Virus record (IMG/VR): IMGVR_UViG_2851949629_000006
Coordinates: 1-49,715 of that record
Length of the DNA: 49,715 nucleotides
Origin: a virus
Lineage: Duplodnaviria; Heunggongvirae; Uroviricota; Caudoviricetes
Reading direction: 5' to 3' (one strand)
Position 1 is the first letter of the stretch. Each line of letters starts with the position of its first letter. The position numbers were made by a program, and so were the translations under genes. Under the pieces are notes generated by a model. The model did no database searches. It worked only from the letters and a program-made list of their open reading frames with translations, and was not told where the DNA came from. Below, piece after piece: positions 37,668-44,039 of the stretch.

Positions 37668-40142
37668 ATGAGACAGGAATGTATACAAGCGGTCCAGCAG
37701 GCGGCGCAGCGCACGTTAACGGCGCGAGAAATACAGAACATTGAAGACCGCGTTTATCGAAATATGCGCTCCATTGCTCGTGATGACCCGATGTCGTGGA
37801 GACAACTTTCCGAATCAGAGCGGCTATATCGAGCAGCACAATTGGCATCTGAAGAATTACAGCGAGAAGCGGCATTAAAGAAACGTCGTGTGGCTCTCAC
37901 TATAGCCGCGCGTCAGAGATTGGATAAATTTATCAATAGCTATCAAGGGGCTGATGGGAAACTTGGAGCTCTTAACCGTACTATAGCTTTTAATGCAGAC
38001 GGTAAATCTAATTTCCTCTCTGTTGAATCCAGAACAAAAGCCACCCGTGATTATGCATTGAGTCAATTGCAGGAGGCATTCGAAGCAGTTGATCCTCGCT
38101 TTTTTGGTCTGTTTGAAGATGAAGCGGGCGTACGTGACCTGGTATATGAAATGCGGGGGCAAAATACTGGCAATGCTAAAGCAAGAAAAGGTGCTAAGGC
38201 GTGGAGAGAAGTTACAGAGCTGCTGCGCCGCCGGTTTAATGATGCTGGTGGGGACATTGGCTATCTCGAAAACTGGGGGATCCCTCAACATCATTCTATG
38301 GAAAAGGTTGGGGCAGTATCAAAGGATAAGTGGGTTAGCGATGTTATAGGTAAGCTGGATCGCAAATATTATATCCGAGCTGATGGACAACTGATGAACG
38401 ATGCCGAGTTGTCTTCATTTCTTGGAGAGGCTTATAACACGATCGCTACTGGTGGGCTGAATAAGCTTACTGATACCGGAATGCGAATTTCCGGCGCACG
38501 TGCTAACCGTGGTAATGCATCACGACAGATACATTTCAAAGATGCAGATTCCTATCTGCAATATCAGCAACTTTATGGCGATCGCTCTCTATGGGAAATC
38601 ATGGTCGGTCACCTGGAAGGTATCAGTAAAGATATTGCACTGGTGGAAACATATGGCCCAAACCCCGATCATGTTTTCCGCTCTCTTCTTGATCAGGTGA
38701 AGGCAGAAACGGCAACAGCTAACCCGAGTAAAACCGGTAAAGTCGAGCGGCTGGCGAACAACACAGAGAATCTGTACAACTTTATTTCCGGAAAGACACA
38801 GCCTGTAGCGAATCCGCACATCGCGCGATGGTCTGACAATATCCGCAACTGGCTGGTTGCCAGCAGACTCGGATCCGCGTTGCTGTCATCGTTCTCTGAT
38901 CTTGGAACCATGTATCTGTCTGCGAAGGTTACCAACCTTCCAATGAGCCAGTTATTCCGTAACCAGCTTGAAGCTATGGACCCAACGAACCGCACTGAGC
39001 TTGCGCGGGCACGCCGCGCTGGTCTGGCGATGGAATCTCTACTTGGCAGCGTTAACCGCTGGGCGATGGATAATATGGGGCCGTCTGTGTCTCGTTGGGC
39101 GGCAACGGCGGTAATGCGTGCCAGTGGGCTTACAGCATGGTCAGATGCGCACAAGCGCGCCTATGGCGTAACCATGATGGGAAGCCTGGGAGAAGTAGTG
39201 TCACGGACACCAGACCTTCGTAGCCTTGATGACTCTGATTTTCGTATCCTGAAAAGCAAAGGGATTACTGACACAGACTGGAGCGTATGGAAGTTGGCGC
39301 AACAGGAGGACTGGGGGAACGGTAATAATACGATGCTGACGCCGGAAAGCATTATGCGTATCCCTGATTCAGCAGTTAAACATCTTGGTGAGCCTGAACG
39401 CGTGAAATTTGAGGCAATGCGTAAACTGCTCGGTGCCGTAACTGAAGAAGTTGATATGGCTGTTATTACACCGGGAGCACGTGAGCAACTGATAACCGGT
39501 TCTGGTATTCAGCGTGGAACATGGAAAGGTGAATTAACGAGAAGTGTTTTCCTGTTTAAATCGTTCCCTATCTCGGTTGTTATGCGTCACTGGTCACGCG
39601 CTATGGGTATGCCGTCTGCTGGTGGGCGTGCGGCATATATTGCGACGTTTATTGCCAGTACGACCATTCTTGGCGCTTTGTCGCAGCAACTTAACGACCT
39701 TGCGTCTGGTCGTAATCCTCGAGAGATGACAGGAGAAGATGCCGCAAAATTCTGGCTTGGTGCTCTACTGAAAGGTGGTGGTCTTGGCCTGTACGGTGAC
39801 TTTTTATTGTCAGATCACACTAGGTACGGAAGCGGCACGCTGGCGTCGATGCTTGGCCCGGTAGCTGGTCTGGTTGATGACGTAGTGAAGATTGCTCAGG
39901 GCATACCGTTAAATGCTGTGGAAGGGAAGAGTGAGCAGACTGGTGGTGATCTGGTGAAGCTGGGGAAAGGTTTGATGCCTGGTGCGAATCTCTGGTACTT
40001 GAAGGCGGCTCTCGATCACATGATCTTTAACCAAATGCAGGAGTATTTTTCACCAGGCTATTTGCGTAAAATGGAGCAACGTTCGAAGAAAGAGTTTAAC
40101 CAGACATACTGGTGGCGACCTCAGGATGTCACTCCGCAATAA
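37668..40142 (+). CDS. internal virion/ejection protein (large)
   Basis: 824-aa ORF, last gene of the structural block before the accessory island. Confidence 0.45.
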   Translation: MRQECIQAVQQAAQRTLTAREIQNIEDRVYRNMRSIARDDPMSWRQLSESERLYRAAQLASEELQREAALKKRRVALTIAARQRLDKFINSYQGADGKLGALNRTIAFNADGKSNFLSVESRTKATRDYALSQLQEAFEAVDPRFFGLFEDEAGVRDLVYEMRGQNTGNAKARKGAKAWREVTELLRRRFNDAGGDIGYLENWGIPQHHSMEKVGAVSKDKWVSDVIGKLDRKYYIRADGQLMNDAELSSFLGEAYNTIATGGLNKLTDTGMRISGARANRGNASRQIHFKDADSYLQYQQLYGDRSLWEIMVGHLEGISKDIALVETYGPNPDHVFRSLLDQVKAETATANPSKTGKVERLANNTENLYNFISGKTQPVANPHIARWSDNIRNWLVASRLGSALLSSFSDLGTMYLSAKVTNLPMSQLFRNQLEAMDPTNRTELARARRAGLAMESLLGSVNRWAMDNMGPSVSRWAATAVMRASGLTAWSDAHKRAYGVTMMGSLGEVVSRTPDLRSLDDSDFRILKSKGITDTDWSVWKLAQQEDWGNGNNTMLTPESIMRIPDSAVKHLGEPERVKFEAMRKLLGAVTEEVDMAVITPGAREQLITGSGIQRGTWKGELTRSVFLFKSFPISVVMRHWSRAMGMPSAGGRAAYIATFIASTTILGALSQQLNDLASGRNPREMTGEDAAKFWLGALLKGGGLGLYGDFLLSDHTRYGSGTLASMLGPVAGLVDDVVKIAQGIPLNAVEGKSEQTGGDLVKLGKGLMPGANLWYLKAALDHMIFNQMQEYFSPGYLRKMEQRSKKEFNQTYWWRPQDVTPQ

Positions 40143-40151
40143 GGAAGTGTT

Positions 40152-40325
40152 GTGTTTTTAATTATTTTGAGTGTGATAATTTCTGGTGGATTGTTATTTA
40201 TTGACCGCTACAAATATTTTCTTAACCCTCAGACTCAAGCTATTTGCTGGTTCATCTTTGTTGTGCAGGGAGTAGTTCTTGTTGCAAGCCTTATTGAGGG
40301 GAGGCCTCTTATTTTTACTGGGTAA
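40152..40325 (+). CDS. small membrane protein (57 aa)
   Basis: GTG start with AAGGAAG RBS 4 nt upstream; two hydrophobic segments; not in the ORF track (below its length cutoff); AT-rich. Confidence 0.4.
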   Translation: MFLIILSVIISGGLLFIDRYKYFLNPQTQAICWFIFVVQGVVLVASLIEGRPLIFTG

Positions 40326-40337
40326 ATAGGTGACTAC

Positions 40338-40634
40338 ATGCAAGCTATAGGATTCATTGTTTATATCGTCGTTGGTCTTTTTCAGTTGGCAGCAATTATG
40401 GCTGGGCTTGAATCATGGTGGGGATTGCACTGGATAATTGCAGCCCCCATTGCTTTCATCGTGAGCTATATTCCATTTGTTGGAGCGATTGTTGGTATGG
40501 TTGGCGCTGTGGATGTATGGCGGTGGGAGTGGTGGCAGGCTGGCCTTCTCTTCTTTGGTGGGATCATCTTTGCTATTGTCTGCGGTGGAATGTCATCATT
40601 TTTCGAACGGCTATCATTCAGAAAAGGAACGTGA
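40338..40634 (+). CDS. integral membrane protein (98 aa, about 3 TM segments)
   Basis: ATG with AGGTGA RBS; hydrophobic throughout; followed by an intrinsic terminator. Confidence 0.5.
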   Translation: MQAIGFIVYIVVGLFQLAAIMAGLESWWGLHWIIAAPIAFIVSYIPFVGAIVGMVGAVDVWRWEWWQAGLLFFGGIIFAIVCGGMSSFFERLSFRKGT

Positions 40635-40642
40635 CATGTCAC

Positions 40643-40667
40643 AGGCCGCTTTCGCGGCCTTGTTTTT
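40643..40667 (+). terminator. rho-independent terminator (AGGCCGCTTTCGCGGCCT + TGTTTTT)
   Basis: 7-bp GC stem, 4-nt loop and T-run; the 18-bp core GGCCGCTTTCGCGGCCTT recurs at 43564-43581. Confidence 0.65.
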
Positions 40668-40728
40668 AACGAATGCCACCGCCACCCGGGCGGGAATCCG
40701 CAGACACAAAAAAGCCCGCGTCGCGGGC

Positions 40729-41268
40729 TTACCAAAACTTGTACCACGGGGATTTATCCTTCAATGGACAATCCTTCCATCGTGTGGCCAACCATTCATA
40801 TTCTTTAAAATATGTGTTTATGTTTTCTTTTTCTCTAATAGCTTGTATAAGAGGTAGCGCAATCTGATAGTTATTTACAACGGAGCTGTAAAATACTTCC
40901 TTAATCATGGTCTCATCATAAGTTTTCCGCTTCACGCTCACAGCCATGCGTTCGTAGAAACCTAGACAGTAAATTATTTCTCTCTTCTCTATCTTTTCTT
41001 CATCCGTAAGATCAGCCTGCCCATTGCTTGGATACATATAAGAGCGGAATGATTTGTTCGATTCGTGAATGCGGCGCATAGTAGATAGGCCTTTCTTATA
41101 ATCTACATCAAACCTGCTTTCACCAAGGAATACTGAAGTGTGTACTTTTCTCGCTGTATTTACATTATAAATAATAGTAGCGATAGCTATGAACAAGCCA
41201 AGCGAAACCGCGACTGCACTTACGATTTGAGCCACAGCCATGGCAAATTGCATTTCTTCACTTAACAC
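40729..41268 (-). CDS. N-terminally membrane-anchored protein (179 aa), accessory gene
   Basis: GTG start with GGAGA RBS; one N-terminal TM helix (FAMAVAQIVSAVAVSLGLFIAIATIIY) then a soluble domain; AT-rich codon usage. Confidence 0.5.
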   Translation of the reverse strand: MLSEEMQFAMAVAQIVSAVAVSLGLFIAIATIIYNVNTARKVHTSVFLGESRFDVDYKKGLSTMRRIHESNKSFRSYMYPSNGQADLTDEEKIEKREIIYCLGFYERMAVSVKRKTYDETMIKEVFYSSVVNNYQIALPLIQAIREKENINTYFKEYEWLATRWKDCPLKDKSPWYKFW

Positions 41269-41289
41269 AAACTGTCTCCAGACATGAAA

Positions 41290-41309
41290 ACGGGGCCTAA
41301 TGGCCCCGT
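41290..41309 (-). terminator. intrinsic terminator downstream of the antirepressor gene
   Basis: Hairpin ACGGGGCC-TAAT-GGCCCCGT; on the minus strand it is followed by TTTTCAT. Confidence 0.5.
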
Positions 41310-41485
41310 CATAAAACTATCCGAATGTTAAACGCCTTCGTACTCGTCAAATTTTCTCATGTGGGCTCCTCCTGTATCGGTGCCTAATCGCTATGGATCA
41401 CCCGTAAGGTAATAGTACTCTATTCACCCCCGGTCTGCAATCTGTACAGAATTATTTAAAGGCACATCCCTGTGCCGCCGTTCTG

Positions 41486-42142
41486 TCAGAAGAACCCTGC
41501 CTTGTCGTTGATGTACTCCGCGTGAGTCTGGATATCACGCAGGCATTTGCTCACACCGACGATGTAGCAGAACATGGTGGTCAGCTCCGCCGCCGCGCCC
41601 GATACGTCGTGCCCGTCGTCCTGTAACTGGTTCAGCAGATTCATCAGCAGTGAGTTCTCCGTCAGGCCGAGAACACCAGACGGAGAATGAATCAGACTGC
41701 GGTAGCCAGGCTTCAGTGGGGCGCTGTATTCTTTTTTGTCTTCCAGCTTGATCGCCTCCATAATGGCGGGCATGAAGCCTGACAAGACCTTCTCCACTTT
41801 TGTTTCTTGTTGTCTTAAACGTTTCTCGCATTCAATGAAGTAGCGTCGCACCTGGCGACCTTTTTCGTTACGCTCGACCATTGCCAGCTCTTTGGCTGTA
41901 TCGAGGGTGAGGTGGTACTCTTTGCGGTTGTGGCCGCCTCTACCAGATGTTTGCTTTCCCAAATTGGAAAGCAAAATATAGTCTTGATTTTCAATGAATT
42001 CGTATTCTGAAATTCGATTTGTAATCCATGCTGCAAACACCTTTTTAACACCTAAAAAAGCGTGCAGATCGCGGGCATTACAAAGTAGGGCTGTTTCGTT
42101 AGATATAGTGCCGTTGAATACGGGGATGAGTTGAGCGTTCAT
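41486..42142 (-). CDS. antirepressor (AntA/Ant-like)
   Basis: 218 aa; N-terminal ...[22 protein letters not shown]... and ...[35 protein letters not shown]... resemble the AntA/AntB N-terminal domain. GGAG RBS. Confidence 0.6.
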   Translation of the reverse strand: MNAQLIPVFNGTISNETALLCNARDLHAFLGVKKVFAAWITNRISEYEFIENQDYILLSNLGKQTSGRGGHNRKEYHLTLDTAKELAMVERNEKGRQVRRYFIECEKRLRQQETKVEKVLSGFMPAIMEAIKLEDKKEYSAPLKPGYRSLIHSPSGVLGLTENSLLMNLLNQLQDDGHDVSGAAAELTTMFCYIVGVSKCLRDIQTHAEYINDKAGFF

Positions 42143-42296
42143 GATGGTGTCTCCACTTAGCGAATTACATCACCACCGCAACGCCAATTACTGGTGGTGA
42201 ACTGAACAAGGTTGGCGTACCGGCCTAAGTGGTACCGGCGTCCTTTCGGACCCCTGCCCAGCCCACCATAATTCGGATATAGCTGTGCTTAACGCA

Positions 42297-42320
42297 TAAA
42301 AAAACCACGTCTGGCGTGGT
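42297..42320 (-). terminator. intrinsic terminator/attenuator within the ant leader (or 3' end of a small RNA)
   Basis: Minus strand reads ACCACG-CCAGA-CGTGGT followed by seven T (plus strand A-run 42298-42304); located about 110 nt downstream of the predicted ant promoter and about 150 nt upstream of the ant start codon. Confidence 0.5.
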
Positions 42321-42410
42321 ATGCGCCACTTAGTAACTCGGGACGCCAATCCCGGCACTGGATTTTGCCAGTGCCCGATTACTATGGCACAAGAGGAGTG
42401 CGATGTAAAT

Positions 42411-42533
42411 TTACCGTAAAGGTAATAATAAATGCATAACTCACGTTATTTCAACCCTATGTGGTTTGATTGATCCCATTTCAGAAAATACCTGCCTATT
42501 TTTTTGCCAGTATGCGTATACTTTCGATAGAAT
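42411..42533. promoter_or_regulatory. divergent promoter region: operator TTACCGTAAAGGTAA (42411-42425), motif TATGTGGTT (42458-42466), and a plus-strand sigma70-like promoter TTGCCA-17bp-TAGAAT (42505-42533)
   Basis: Operator identical in form to O_L/O_R; on the minus strand a TTGAAA -35 with the -10 overlapping the operator is positioned to drive the ant leader. Confidence 0.5.
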
Positions 42534-42562
42534 GTTAACCCTAGAGGTAGTTGGGGGTGCCC

Positions 42563-43066
42563 ATGAACACGAAGAGAGTTGCAGCGATGAGGCATAGACG
42601 CTTGACCTTGAAAAAGTCTGAAAAAGAAAAAGAGAAAAAGATGGTGATTGAAGCAGCCGCCATAGCAACTGCCAATGCCATCAGGATTCATGATGAAGAA
42701 GTTGAGCAAAAATACCCGGTTATGTTCATCACTGAATACGACCAGCATGAGGCATTGTTAAAAATCCGGGGCACATCTTTTGAAGGAATCTTGGCAGATA
42801 AGCTTCATCGTGCCTCATGTCAAACGAATATAATGCGACCTTACGAGTCAAGGCTAATCGAAACTGGACGCTCCAAGGATAAGCAGCAATTAGTTGAGAT
42901 GATAAAGCGGTATTATAAGTCATCTTTTAAGCCTACAGCGTCACATGAGGTTGTAATGCGAGAAGTACCAAAGATGTCTGTTGAAAAATCGCATGCAATC
43001 TCGCGCAGGATGTTTGCACGCACTGCTGAAGATATGGCTCAGGAGCTCTACGACGATGCCGAATAA
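42563..43066 (+). CDS. hypothetical protein, upstream partner of the YafO-like gene (candidate antitoxin/immunity)
   Basis: 167 aa from the ATG at 42563 (ORF track starts at TTG 42551); basic N-terminus; stop overlaps the downstream start (ATGCCGAATAA). Confidence 0.45.
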   Translation: MNTKRVAAMRHRRLTLKKSEKEKEKKMVIEAAAIATANAIRIHDEEVEQKYPVMFITEYDQHEALLKIRGTSFEGILADKLHRASCQTNIMRPYESRLIETGRSKDKQQLVEMIKRYYKSSFKPTASHEVVMREVPKMSVEKSHAISRRMFARTAEDMAQELYDDAE

Positions 43067-43562
43067 ATTCCAGGGGTTGGTTCACCCTGGAATTTTTGGG
43101 AAGGACCCTGAGCTAATACCTATCAAAAACGCGTTCATAGATCACTGGCGCTACGGTCATCATAAGGATTTCGGAAAGGACACTCTGTTTCGGGATCCAC
43201 CGAAAGAGATGCTGGAATATCACATACGCCACGTTCACGTAAACATCGGAAACTATACTGACAAGTTTGGTGAGAGCGGTACGGAACAATGCTGGAAAAA
43301 CTGGGCATCCGGGAAGAAAGACAAGACCACCAACAAGCATAAAAAAATACCAACCAGTGATGTATATGTGATTTATCTTGTAACGTCTGAGCGACATGCG
43401 TTTCTTCTGGATTACTGGGATGAGCCAGCACACAAAAAAGTAGAAATTGACGAACAGAAACAAAAACTTCTTGTCGAGTGTGACAGAATTTTGCGGCGGA
43501 AAAATTTAGAATCCATGCCGCGCGATGCAAGTTTGTGGGACCCGGAATTTTACGACTGTTAA
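43056..43562 (+). CDS. YafO-family toxin-like protein (candidate type II toxin)
   Basis: 168 aa; segments HHKDFGKDTLFRDP and YHIRHVHVNIGN resemble the YafO segments DTFGRDALYDD and ERVAHIHLANE as I recall them. Confidence 0.45.
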   Translation: MPNKFQGLVHPGIFGKDPELIPIKNAFIDHWRYGHHKDFGKDTLFRDPPKEMLEYHIRHVHVNIGNYTDKFGESGTEQCWKNWASGKKDKTTNKHKKIPTSDVYVIYLVTSERHAFLLDYWDEPAHKKVEIDEQKQKLLVECDRILRRKNLESMPRDASLWDPEFYDC

Positions 43563-43563
43563 T

Positions 43564-43581
43564 GGCCGCTTTCGCGGCCTT
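43564..43581. terminator. hairpin GGCCGCTTTCGCGGCCTT between convergent genes (second copy of the 40644 hairpin)
   Basis: Exact 18-bp repeat of 40644-40661; 6-bp GC stem with TTTC loop; T-rich flank. Confidence 0.5.
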
Positions 43582-43586
43582 TAAAT

Positions 43587-43862
43587 TTACCGGGTTTGTT
43601 TTCGTAATTGTTCGGCACAATAGTCGAGATGTGTTTGCAGATCCTGCATAGACATCTGTGAGCTGGTGACGTAGTTAATCAGTGCAGTCAGTTCGGCAAG
43701 TGGGCCATCGACATTAAATCCATCCTTATCGAGATCCCGGAGTAATTTCATCAAGTGCGATCCCTCCACCAGTGACCTGACGCCTCCCGGCGTGTGAATC
43801 CTTTCGGTAAATCCGTCTTCCAGTGGATAGTGATACCGCTGCATCTTATCTTCTCCATGCAA
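43587..43862 (-). CDS. small protein paralogous to the antirepressor C-terminal domain
   Basis: 91 aa; ...TPGGVRSLVEGSHLMKLLRDLDKDGFNVDGPLAELTALINYV...MQDLQTHLDY... parallels ...[42 protein letters not shown]...[10 protein letters not shown]... of the 41486-42142 product. Confidence 0.5.
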   Translation of the reverse strand: MHGEDKMQRYHYPLEDGFTERIHTPGGVRSLVEGSHLMKLLRDLDKDGFNVDGPLAELTALINYVTSSQMSMQDLQTHLDYCAEQLRKQTR

Positions 43863-43920
43863 TAACTGTATAAATATACAGTACCAAATAATTTATTGTC
43901 TATCCAGCACGTTTTGCAAA

Positions 43921-43975
43921 TCACCTGAAAGGTAATATCTGTTCGTATTCACAGTCTGTCTATCCATATGTGGTT
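43921..43975. promoter_or_regulatory. divergent promoter region with operator TCACCTGAAAGGTAA (43921-43935) and motif CCATATGTGGTT (43964-43975)
   Basis: Between the Ant-C-like gene (minus) and the tail fibre gene (plus). Confidence 0.5.
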
Positions 43976-44039
43976 TTTCAGGTAATAAAATAACCCAGCA
44001 TGCGGCGCAACGGGTGCTGCGACTATCTGGAGATTTAAA

